Shown here piece by piece: positions 1 to 11,036 of a stretch of DNA of 64,000 nucleotides. The notes beneath the pieces are model-generated. The model was not told the DNA's origin. It did not search any database and saw nothing but the letters and a program-made list of their open reading frames with translations. Both the position numbers and the translations under genes were made by a program. The DNA lies in NCBI RefSeq assembly GCF_028641065.1, contig NC_073406.1:16926001-16990000 (forward strand), given 5' to 3'. This DNA comes from Leucoraja erinacea. Taxonomy: Eukaryota. Each line of letters begins with the position of its first letter. Positions within the stretch are counted from its first letter, which is position 1.

Positions 1-152
1 TCATACCATTATTAGCATTACTTCAGAACACAAACTGATGCACAATTTGTTTTCAACATTTCCTTCAATACCAATAAAGTATAAGAGTTCCATAATCACT
101 CACAAAATGTTCAGCAAGTCAAACATTTAGCTTCCCGATTAGTATAGCATAC

Positions 153-247
153 CTGCGGTAGCGTGGACGGTAGCCCCTAAAACGATTTTGTCCTCTGTTG
201 GATTTGCCTTCTTCCCCAGCAACCTGGTTTTCATTTATTTCACCACC
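153..247 (-). CDS. YBX1: YBX1 exon 7 (GGEINENQVAGEEGKSNRGQNRFRGYRPRYRR); gene continues left of the window
   Basis: 95-nt exon, AAG acceptor, GTATG donor; RGYRPR(F/Y)RR motif of YB-1. Confidence 0.92.
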
Positions 248-908
248 CTTTTTACAAAAATAAAGGCATTAGAAGTTGCAGAAATATGACTGACATCTGA
301 TCTCCCTGCACTATAAGCTGCTATTTACAAGGATGATAACTGCTTCTTGTGTATCAATGAGCTGCCAGAAGCTGCTGCAGTGGTGGAAATAATTACCATG
401 TTTAAAAGACATTTGTACAGGTACATGGATAGAAAAGGTCTGGAACAAACACAGGCAAATGGGGCGAGCTTATGTTGACAATATGGTCAGAATGGACAAT
501 ATGGTCAGCATGGACAAAAGGGGCTATCCATGTTGTGTATCTATGTCCCCAAAGATGACTTTGGCAACCTATAAAATAAGGAATGCAAGTGACCTCCATG
601 TTGCTGCAATTTTGGTAATAGAAATTTGTCCCGTATGGGGCTCACCAATCACTGCCAAAAATCAAGGATATAATTTAAAATTTGCTCATACAAATTTTGG
701 AACAAAAATAAATATATTTTGCTCAGCTCATTGTCCTTGACACATGCAGATGATGTGGGCTTTGCATTATAGAAAATCTCGATATGGACCCTTTTCTAGG
801 AACACAAATGCGACTAACTACTATCCCCCACCACCGGGTAAAATGGGGACCCGTCTATACTTCAAAAACCAAATTCAACAGATTGCCAGTGTATTCATAT
901 CTTGCTAC

Positions 909-1100
909 CTCAGTAATTTCTCCCTGAGGCTGGTTGCTATATTGTGGGCGGCGACCATAACGACGACGTACAAAGTAAGGTGGGTAACGTTGTCTTCTAT
1001 ATGGTGGACGATGTTGCTGATTTTGATATTCTTGGTTTTCCCCATCTGTTGCTGTCTCTGCTCCATCTCCTTTCTCTCCACCTTCAATATTCTGTTGGTA
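909..1100 (-). CDS. YBX1: YBX1 exon 6 ([10 protein letters not shown]...[20 protein letters not shown])
   Basis: 192-nt open phase 0-0 exon; acidic/basic C-terminal blocks with the YB-1-like RRPQYSN motif; weak GTAGCA donor. Confidence 0.9.
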
Positions 1101-1679
1101 CTAATCAAAAATTACATGGAAGCTGTTTGTAGTTTTAAACACTCAATTGTCTTACAACTACTTCCCTTTGTGTACCAACACATTATTTTACCTCAAATTA
1201 ACAAATGACGCTTGTCCAAACCCCGAATGCATCTTTACTAAGACGTAGATGCGTCTTTACCAAAAAAACTAAATATCCAATGAAAATCATATTTGATTTA
1301 TTACAACATTATAGGTCTATGATTCATCTAATTTCCAATAATCTTACAACTAGCCATTCCTCTGGTTTGAGCTTAAATTAATGGCATAATCACTAAATTA
1401 AAACAAATCTGAACTACAAAGGTTCTCTCGAACTTCTACAGATACACTATACAAAGCATTCTGACAGGATGCATCTAGGGTCGGGTATGGCAACTGCTCT
1501 GTCCTCAATGGCCTTAACTGCAGTCTATCACAGGCTCCTAATTTTCATCCATCTAGTCTATCTTCACAATACATTTCATTAGGAAGGCCGAAAGGATCAG
1601 CAAGGAACCCTGGCCATTCCCTTTTCTCACTTATACCATCTGGGAGATGATGTAGGTAGGAGCAAGAAAGCCCTGACAT

Positions 1680-1977
1680 GCAGAACAAGGGGTCATAGTT
1701 TAAGGATAAGGGGGAAATCTTTTAGGACCGAGATGAGGAAAACTTTTTTCACACAGAGAGTGGTGAATCTCTGGAATTCTCTGCCGCAGAAGGCAGTTGA
1801 GGCCAGTTCATTGGCTATATTTAAGAGGCAGTTAGATGTGGCCCTTGTGGCTAAAGGGAGAGAAGGCAGGAACAGGATACCGAGTTGGATCAGCCATGAT
1901 CATATTATATTGAATGGTGGTGCAGGCTCGAAGGGCCGAATGGCCTACTCCTGCACCTATTTTCTATGTTTCTATGC
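1680..1977 (+). mobile_element. CR1 LINE 3' end
   Basis: FFTQRVVNLWNSLP C-terminus, 3' UTR hairpin and (TTCTATGT)n tail. Confidence 0.88.
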
Positions 1978-2301
1978 ATACTCCTGAACCAATCATATCG
2001 TACTCACTCCCTTCCTGGAGGTGCTGCTCACTCTTAACACCTCCTAACTCAATGATTCCATTATTGCATTTTAGTTATGTTGAACTACTTCAGAACGCAC
2101 AACAATCTTAGTACATTTTTGATGTTTTACATTCATCTTTGTTTGTGGTCGCATTTGTGAACGCGAGCAAGGAATTTAGTTGCACCCCACTGACAATAAA
2201 CCAATCGGAAAAGATATACAGAGGGAAATGGGATTAATGGATCCTCCAGAATTGGTCCTCCAGCACCTTTAACAACATCTACACAAAAATCCTCTACTAA
2301 C

Positions 2302-2421
2302 ATTACGTGGTGGACCTCGGCGACGAGGGTTGTAGCGACGATAACGATTTCTGTCCGCAGCATAGCGGCTTCCTTGGACTGGAACTCCTCCGGGACCAGT
2401 TACGTTTGCTGCCTCTGCACC
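2302..2421 (-). CDS. YBX1: YBX1 exon 5 ([40 protein letters not shown])
   Basis: 120-nt exon, TAG acceptor, GTTAGT donor; read-through hits a stop within 11 codons. Confidence 0.93.
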
Positions 2422-2651
2422 CTACAAAGTGCAAACATTAATATCAAGAGTGAATAAGTAGAAATTTGCTTATTTCCTTGGAATTTAAAAGGGTTTGAGA
2501 GTCAGCTTGAAACAAGTTTTAAAAAAAAAATCTAACTGTTGACACCAGAGAAACTAGATGCAAAATCTTCCAGGACATTTCAACAACCTTTTGTAATTGT
2601 GGCCAGAGGGATTGGAAAGAGTTTAAAAAAAGTAGCTTCATTATTTAATAC

Positions 2652-2741
2652 CTTTTCACCTTCCACTACGTCGAACTCCACAGTTTCACCATCTCCAACA
2701 CTACGTAGGTATTTCCGTGGGTTATTCTTCTTTATGGCAGT
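2652..2741 (-). CDS. YBX1: YBX1 exon 4 ([30 protein letters not shown])
   Basis: 90-nt exon, AG/GT boundaries, canonical CSD sequence. Confidence 0.97.
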
Positions 2742-3272
2742 CTGTGAAGAGTTTAGATTTAAATTTCTTTATTTCATAGCAAGGCATTGTTTGATAATTA
2801 AGGAACTAGGATATACTACACAAATGTTATGTTCCATGCTTATATTCATGCTCTAAAAAACTTTGCACACCTAAATTTCAGTATGTTCCTCTATTCCTTT
2901 CTTTGTCCCAGCCTCTGTATACTGTTAACCACAACCACTCCTGATGGTAGCAAGTTACAAGTATTACTACACTCTGGGAAAAGATCCGTCTACCAAATAT
3001 TTGGTCACTGTTATGTTATATTGTTGGCCTCTTCCCAGTATCTACCTGCAAGTCTTCATTTAAATAGCACCCGTCACAAAATAATGTTCCATGGCTCTTT
3101 TAAAGTAACCTTTTCAAACCAAACCATATTAAAACTAGTAACCAAAGGATAGGTGGAATAGAAATGTTTTGAAAAGGCATCTTGAGCAAAGAGGAAATGC
3201 AGAGTTGCTTGTGGCAGTTGAAGACACAACTGGAGGAGCTGTTAGAGGGGGAAAATCAAAGGAAATGAAAAC

Positions 3273-3559
3273 AAGTTTAAAATTGACAACCTGGAGCGAG
3301 TGTAGGTCATCAAGCGCAGAGATAATGGATGAACTGGTGAAAGAGCAGAAAAGTTCTGATGAAAGGAATTAGCATGAGCTGAGTATTCCCATAGACACAG
3401 AAAATGTTGGAAAGTTTAAAATTGAACATTGGCTTAACCTGGAGCCAGTGTAGGCCATCAATCAGGGATAATGGATGTACTGGTGAAAGAGCAGAAGAGT
3501 TCTGATGAAAGGAATTAGCATGAGCTGAGTATTCCCATAGACACAGAAAATGTTGGAAA
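3273..3559 (+). repeat. Tandem duplication, two copies of about 140 bp
   Basis: 3273-3411 repeated at 3412-3559. Confidence 0.9.
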
Positions 3560-3917
3560 CACTCAGCAGGTCAGGCAGCATCTGTGGAAAGAGAAACAGA
3601 GTTAACAGTTCAGGTCAAAACCCCTTTGTATTTCCATCATTCTCTTTGTCTATTTCTACAAGAAGAAAGGTACACTTATAATGTTTAACTGTTGAAAAAA
3701 AAATTAGATTCAAAGGAACTCTTGACAGATGCAAATCTACCGTAGATGCAAACTGGACCGGTTCATGGAGATCATGTGCATTATACACTGTATCATCAAA
3801 TATTCAGTCAATTAAAATACCTCACCCTGGTCTGCTGAAAAATCGTGGCAATTTATCCTAATATAGAGTAATCTTTGGATAAACAAATAAAATGATGAGA
3901 TTATTTTGTGATGAGAT

Positions 3918-4272
3918 AAAATGATGAGAGGGATGGACAGAGTTGATGTGGACAAGCTTTTCCCTTTGAGAATAGGGAAGATTCAAACAAGAGGACATGA
4001 CTTCAGAATTAAGGGACAGAAGTTTAGAGGTAATATGAGGGGGAACTTCTTTACGCAGAGAGTGGTAGCAGTGTGGAATGAGCTCCCAGTGGAAGTGGTG
4101 GAGGCAGGTTCATTGGTATCATTTAAAAATAAATTGGATAGGCATATGGATGAGAAGGGAATGGAGGGTTATGGTATGAGTGCAGGCAGGTGGGACTAAG
4201 GGGAAAAAAATTTGTTCGGCACGGACTTGTAGGGCCGAGATGGCCTGTTTCCGTGCTGTAATTGTTATATGG
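3918..4272 (+). mobile_element. CR1 LINE 3' fragment (different subfamily)
   Basis: TRGHDFRIKG...FFTQRVVAVWNELP. Confidence 0.85.
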
Positions 4273-4984
4273 TTAAACACTAATGGAGTTGATGGAGTTA
4301 AATTACGTTACCGCCACTACTAGAGTGGCTAGATGCAAGTGTTATTTAACAATAATCTCTGCAGAACACAACATAGAAACGAAATACCGATTTAATGAGA
4401 ATTCACTTAATAGTAGATCAACTAAATACCTGCTGGAATCAGATATGCAACCATCATCAACATAAATGAAGCCTATTGTAATCACCTCTTTAGCCCTAGT
4501 ATCTTATCACAGCTTTAATTTTATTAATTCCCAACTCAACCACTGATCGGGTCATGTTAATGGCAAGCATTAACTTACATCCCCAAATGATTTTGGACCT
4601 CTACCATTACTGTTATTAAGAACTAGACCAAGTGAGACCCGTTGGGTCCCTGTCATACGGAGGCCTGGTCACCCAACGCAACCCATTACCCTAATGCAAT
4701 ATTCTACCACTCATCCATAGCCCAATTCTTATGCAACGTGAGATTACAAAATACAAATTGTTTTAAAATATAATTCTCCAAATCCAAATTATCATTCGAA
4801 ACAGCAAAAGCAACATTTAAGACAACCAGTGGAAACTATTAAATTGGCTCCAAACTTCAATGGCTACATTTTATTGCCCATGTTAAACACTCCAAGCGCA
4901 ATAAAATGTAATTAAAATGCTGGGGAAATTCAGTGGGTCAAGCAGCATCTGTGAAAGCAAAGAGCAATATTGGTGAAGAACTTG

Positions 4985-5195
4985 TATTTGTATTATTATG
5001 TTTTAATTGTCATGTGTACTGAGATAAAATTTCTTAGCATGCTTTCCAGAAAAATCATAACATACACGAGAACACGGCAGTACAAGAGAGAAAAAGAAAC
5101 AGCACCAGAGAAAGTGCAGGCAAGACAAGTGCTGCCACGAGGTAGACAGGGAGATCAGAAATTCATTCGAGACTGCAGAAAGTGGTCAGAGTTAA

Positions 5196-5234
<39 letters not shown>

Positions 5235-6100
5235 CGGCGCATGGTTTGCACGATGGACTGAACTGCATTCATACCTGCTGGGTAGTTGCCATTCCATACC
5301 CGTGATGCATTCTAAGAGCATGCTTTCTATGGCACATCGAGAAAAAACATGACAAATATCTCTACACTTTCAAAAAGGTAGCATCAATGGCGTGTTTCTT
5401 GGCAGTAGCATCAATGTGGTTGGTTCTGAGCGAATTGGTGATGCTTACAACTTGAAGCCCATGACCATCTCCACTTAAGTGCCATTGAATGAACTCAGCC
5501 AGAGGGGTGAACTCCGCCCCGCTTCTTGAAGCCAAAGACCAGCTTTGTAGTTTTTCTGATAGTGAGGGAGAGGTTGCCATCTTGACTCTGTGCTATGATG
5601 GCACTCATTTTTGGACTCCATCCACTGTGTGGTCGATTAAGATCCAGCCCATTAGCATCTTTATAAATTTGTGAAATGGAGCTAGAGGATAAGTTGGCGT
5701 AGTTGGTGCATCAATGTTGATAATTCTCAAGTTGTTGTTGTTGCCTATCCTTACTGATTGCAGCCTGTGGGCCAAAGTTAAGAGATCCAGTTGCTGATGG
5801 GGGTGCCAAATACTAGGTCCCGGAGTTTGGCTGGAAGTATGTTGAAGGCAGTGCTAATGTCAGTTATTGGGAGCCTGCCTTACCGCACAGATAATCGAGC
5901 GATGAGTATAGGCCCAGGGATATGGTGGAACCATGGACCTTTTCGGCAGTAGGCGAATTGGAAGCTGGAATTGATTTGCGCTATCAACAGCATCTTAAAG
6001 CACTTATGATGATGAATATCAGAATCACCAGATGGTAGCAGCTATTATTGAACACTACCTTGTGTTTCCTGTCACTGAGATTATAGTGGCCTTCTTAAGA
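4985..6100 (-). mobile_element. Old degenerate Rex/Babar-like LINE remnant
   Basis: Decayed similarity to the 16290-18285 element, including an SAFN-like RT motif near 5840. Confidence 0.5.
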
Positions 6101-6609
6101 GGAGAGGACCTCGGATTGGAATCAGGGGTCAATGGAGATGTGTACACAAGTTCTGAGGAAACAGCAAAGGACTGTATCTGGAGCAATTGGTTTTGAGTAC
6201 CGTTGCACCCAAGGCTGTCATAGGCAGGCGACAGCATTCCACTGGGCAGCCTACTTGAATGCCTGAGTTCCTCGCAGTCCACCCATGGCTTCCAGCTGGG
6301 AAACACTCAGTCAATTTCTTTAGCACAAATTAGTGGCAACTTATTGAGATTGGCAGCCAAGTCCTTGAATGTGGACTAGTCCGAATCAATAGCTCATCTA
6401 TTTTCTTAGACCAGCAGTGCTTAACATCGTTTAGCTTATCATTGCACTTCAAATTCTGCTTGTAAGCAGGGAGGAGTACAACCTGACAGTCTGATTTTCC
6501 AAAATGCAGGCAAAAAATTGAGCAGCAGGCAGCTTTGTTGGTTGTGCAGCAGAGGTAGAGAGGTTGCTTGGGCATCGGGCGGGATAAGAGACATCTTAAT
6601 AGTAATTTG

Positions 6610-7410
6610 ATTTGGGTTACTGTCATATGAGGAAAGACTGAAAAGACTAGGCATGTATTCACTGAAGTTTAGAAGGATAGAAACATAGAAACATAGAAAT
6701 TAGGTGCAGGAGTAGGCCATTTGGCCCTTCGAGCCTGCACCGCCATTCAATATGATCATGGCTGATCATCCAACTCAGTATCCCGTACCTGCCTTCTCTC
6801 CATACCCCCTGATCCCCTTAGCCACAAGGGCCACATCTAACTCCCTCTTAAATATAGCCAATGAACTGGCCTCAACTACCCTCTGTGGCAGTGGGTAGTT
6901 CCAGAGATTCCAGAGATTCACCACTCTCTGTGTGAAAAAAGTTCTTCTCATCTCGGTTTTAAAGGATTTCCCCTTTATCCTTAAGCTGTGACCCCTTGTC
7001 CTGGACTTCCCTAACATCGGGAAGGGGGATGAGGGGGATTCTTATAGAAACATATAAAATTATAAAAGGACTGTACAAGCTAGATGCAGGAAAAATGTTC
7101 CCAATGTTGGGCAAGTCCAGAACCAGGGGCCAGTCTTAGAATAAAGGGGAGGTCATTTAAGACCGAGGTGAGAAAAAAAAAAAACTTTCACCCAGAGAGT
7201 TGTGAATTTATGGAATTCCCTGCCACAGAGGGCAGTGGAGGCCAAATCACTGGATGAATTTAAGAGTTAGATACTCCAGGGGCCAGTGGAGTCAAGGGAT
7301 ATGGGGAGAAGGCAGGCACGGGTTATTGATAGGGAACATCAGCCATAATCGCAATGAATGGCGGAGCTGGCTCGAATGGCCTCCTGCTGGTGCATATTTC
7401 TATGTTTCTA
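6610..7410 (+). mobile_element. CR1 3' fragment (+) interrupted by an inverted CR1 3' end (about 6680-7023, minus)
   Basis: Host reads SYEERLKRLGMYSLKFRR then resumes at about 7027 (GDLIETYKI-like); the insert carries its own ACATAGAA tail and the TRGHSLRIKG ORF on minus. Confidence 0.85.
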
Positions 7411-7437
7411 CTCCATCAAGATTATCAAAAGAATGTT

Positions 7438-7584
7438 CACAAAAATGCTGGAGAATCTCAGAGGGTGCAGCAGCATCTATGGAGTGAAGGTACCTTCGCT
7501 CCATAGATGCTGCTGCACCTGCTGAGTTTCTCCAGCATTTTTGTGTACCTTCGATTTTTCAGCATCTGCAGTTCCTTCTTGAAC
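7438..7584. mobile_element. Penelope-derived fold-back short element with 14-bp TSD
   Basis: ATCAAAAGAATGTT at 7424-7437 and 7585-7598; internal inverted arms CACAAAAATGCTGGAG...CTCCAGCATTTTTGTG. Confidence 0.7.
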
Positions 7585-8122
7585 ATCAAAAGAATGTTGT
7601 TCATTCCAAGAATGTTGACCACCACGGGGCTGCCGGAGTTGGCATAAAGTCCATCAGTAAACTTTGTTTGTCCTGCTGCAGAATTACCACCCAAAACATT
7701 AACTATGCATTTGCCTCTTGACCAGAGATCTTCCAAGAATCCGCCTTTCGCTCCAAATTCTGTCCGCAGTAGAGTATGTCTCCATTAAGATGTAAAATTC
7801 TCAAAATATGCACCTTTCCTAGTATTTCTCCAAGAAACTGTTCCTGATCTTTAGCAATGGATCTAGCTTATGCTAAAAAATTCTCCCAAAGGAAATCTCA
7901 ACTCAGCAAAATGGATCACCAGTAACTCAAACTTATTTCTGAACCCATCAATATAATTTTTCACCGAAAACTTGCATCACATGCCAAGGGTAACACAATA
8001 GCGTGATAACCATTCTAATAAAATACCTTGGGGATTCATATCTCCAATCGATAAAGTCTTACTCAAATGCAACATCAACAAGCATATCTTAAAAGACAAA
8101 CCATCCACAGGAGAGAAACTAA

Positions 8123-9299
8123 AGGGCCTGTCCCACTTGGGCAGCAGCCTGAAAAGAGGTTGTCGTGTCATGGTCATGACGGGTGGCGAGGCGTTTCCCT
8201 GCCCTGCCCCAGGATTTTGGAATGTTCAAAATCCTCGCGGGACATCTGCGTGTCTTATCATGTTGTGCGGCCTTTCGCATGACGACGTACGGGTGGACGC
8301 ACGGTCATTGCTCAAGCTAATTGTGCATTGCGTGCATGCGAATGAAACTTCTTGTACGATTAAATGAAACTTCTTGTAGTTGAAGTACATAGAACCTCCC
8401 CTGGGTGGACACGGGATGGTCACATGCTTCCCGTCAACTGCCCCACATGTTTGCAGGAAGTTACATCTGGTTCGAAAGCCGTGTGCCACTCTCCTCCAAT
8501 CATCAGGTGTACTAGGTCAATTATTTCTTCTTCATATGCATTGGCAATGGAGTCACAGGTATCTCAGACAACCTTGCGCTGATGGTGTTGTGGGCCATGC
8601 GAAAGTTGTAGGAGAGGCTCTTGTACGAGTCTCCTATTGCCAGGTAGCACATGCCTGGTTCCAGTGCCTTCTTCCTCATGAAGGCGGCTTTTTTCTCCAG
8701 AAGAGGACCGACTCGCGTCTTCTGCTCCTGAAACAGGTCGGGGGGAATCCTGGTTTCTAAAGGCAGCCTCATCTGCTTGCTGGAGATCAGTCATCATGAT
8801 CTCATACTGGCCCAAAGTGGGTTTCATCAGGAACAAGGACCTTGTTCACACATACATCTTTCCTAGGCTTCTTCCTCCCCTTTCTTCATGCACTCCTGCC
8901 TGGCTGATCTGTAAGCACGAGGGCTATTGCAAGCAGAAGTCTTTGTTGTTGTTGTTGTTGTACGAATAGTGATGCGATCTGTAGTTGCTCCATGATAGTC
9001 ATGATGCAGAATAGCACCCTGCAAGCCCTGTTATTGGGAAGCTGGGTAATCAAAAGATGTCACGTACCCCAGATGACGCAACCTGTCATATCTTCCGCAT
9101 CGTGTCGCGAGTGAACGTACATTGACGTCGCTGTGACGTCACAGGCGCTGTTCTATGCCTCGCATGCCGTCCTATGGTGACGCGGAGTGATGTACCTGTA
9201 TCGTATCCTGTCGTACTATTTGACATTTTTTAAGCGACATCGGACGTCAGTCACCGACGCCAGTCGTCGCTCATAACATCACTAAGTGGGACAGGCCCT
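8123..9299 (-). mobile_element. Internally deleted PIF/Harbinger DNA transposon with frameshifted transposase fragment
   Basis: 16-bp TIR AGGGCCTGTCCCACTT at both ends; TAA TSD at 8120-8122 and 9300-9302; minus-strand peptides YLAIGDSYKSLSYNFRMAHNTIS and CGAVDGKHVTIPCPPRGGSMYFNYKKFH are Harbinger DDE motifs. Confidence 0.93.
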
Positions 9300-10690
9300 T
9301 AACCAACAGCATCCGCATCGAACTATACTAATCCCATTTACTTCTATTAGGACCAAAGTCTTATTATGTATAATTGCAAAACACCTCTACCACGATCTCA
9401 GAAGGCACACTCCAGATTCTATCCAATGTATGAAAAATTCCCTCAGTTCATCATCAGATTCCCATCTCTCAGCTATGCCCTGACCTACCTTATCTCCCTC
9501 ACGTTTGTACATGCTACCAGGTTAGCATTCTCAGCTGCAGGGAAAACAAACCGACCCCATCCAATTGCACCTCTTGATTTAAAAGCTCCAATCCAAGAGC
9601 ATCCAGCTGAATCTCCTCGGAAATCTTTCCAGATTCTAGATGGAATCATAACAAAAACCAAGTAACTTGAGAGAGGGTAGTGGAAATCTCAGATTTCCTC
9701 CCCAAAACTTTGCACAGTAGGTAATTTGAAAAATTAAAAATAGATGTCGGATGGATAAAGACATCAAGAGGTAAGGAGAAAGCATGAGTAGGTCAGCTTT
9801 GACTAAATCATCTGGAATAGTGCAACAGCCTAGTTCTGCTGTTCTTCTACACAACATGGTTTATATCTGTTGCCATACTCTTGAATGGGCCCCATTTTTC
9901 CACTTGAAACCAATGGCACCAACTTAATGACTGATGGTGCCTAACCTGCTACTTTGTTCCAGCACTTTGTGTTGAAACATACTCAAATAAGTTGCTGTAC
10001 CCAATTTAGATGCCATTTACTGATTTCGCAAAACCATTCCCACCAGATATGATCATATAATTTATCTTGCAAACTGATCTTTAGGAGATATTGCCTGCCT
10101 TTCTTAACCTCCAAACCCAATGGACTTTCAATAAGGCATTGATACCAAATTTGAACTATTCAATTCAATTCTGCCTTATGCAAACTTATTCATACATTCA
10201 AAATGGTGGGTAAAAAATATAATCTTTTTTAAATTGAGCTGTTTTAGCATTCTCAAAGGGAAATTACACCAATAACAACTGCATGTTATAGCCAAACTTG
10301 TACTTATACAGTTCCTTCAACATGGTAAAGCATTCTTTCCTGGTGATTTCAACAAGTGCTTTAAAAGTCAACACGATTTGATCATATTACACTTCAGGGC
10401 TAACAATCAAAGGTTGATCAATGTAGCAAAGTTAAAGTAATGCTATCAAGAAGAAAGCAGACATTCCAGAGCTTTGGACCTTCAGGCACTAGTGATAAGT
10501 GTTTCAAACAATTAAATATATTAAAAATTTTTATTTAACATAGATACCTCAATAAACACCCAATTATATTGCATGTTTCACATCAGCGAGATCTTCTTGG
10601 TACAATACAACCGGTGCCTATGATTTGCCAAGTTTCCAAGAGCAGTTACATGGACTTGCAGTATGCATGCATTTCTTAAAATATACTCAC

Positions 10691-10724
10691 CTGATGTACA
10701 AATACATCTTCCTTCGTATCATTC
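10691..10724 (-). CDS. YBX1: YBX1 exon 3 (NDTKEDVFVHQ), RNP2
   Basis: 34-nt exon, TAG acceptor and GTGAG donor; frame continuous with exon 2. Confidence 0.97.
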
Positions 10725-10972
10725 CTACAAGGCAAAAAGAGTTATACTTCACATATTTGTAACAAATTACTCATCTGAAATAATTGTCCCCCAATCATAC
10801 CTGTAGAGTTACTCTCCATAATTAAGTCAACAGTTCAAAACAGATTTTTTTTGGGGGGTGGAAGAAAAAGATGTACAACAAATTTATAAGATTATTTTAC
10901 ATAGGAGCTTCCAGGAGTGAAAAAAGAGAGTAAAGACCGCCAGCTAGATTACTAAAAATACTCAGTACTGAC

Positions 10973-11036
10973 CTGTTGATAAATCCATAGCCATTTCTTA
11001 CGTTGAACCACTTTACTGTTCCAAGAACCTTTGTTG
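10973..11036 (-). CDS. YBX1: YBX1 exon 2 ([22 protein letters not shown]), cold-shock domain RNP1
   Basis: 64-nt exon with AG/GT boundaries; canonical cold-shock domain sequence. Confidence 0.97.

Noticed and set aside
744-1208. 154-aa hydrophobic plus-strand ORF
   Set aside because: Antisense shadow of purine-rich YBX1 exon 6
5196-5234. Long poly-G runs (also near 24041, 37034, 50468) as G-quadruplex elements
   Set aside because: Homopolymer lengths are unreliable in assemblies and most lie inside repeats
8226-8836. Domesticated HARBI1-like gene
   Set aside because: Multiple frameshifts and stops, truncated DDE domain, and enclosure by TIRs and TSD indicate a dead transposon copy
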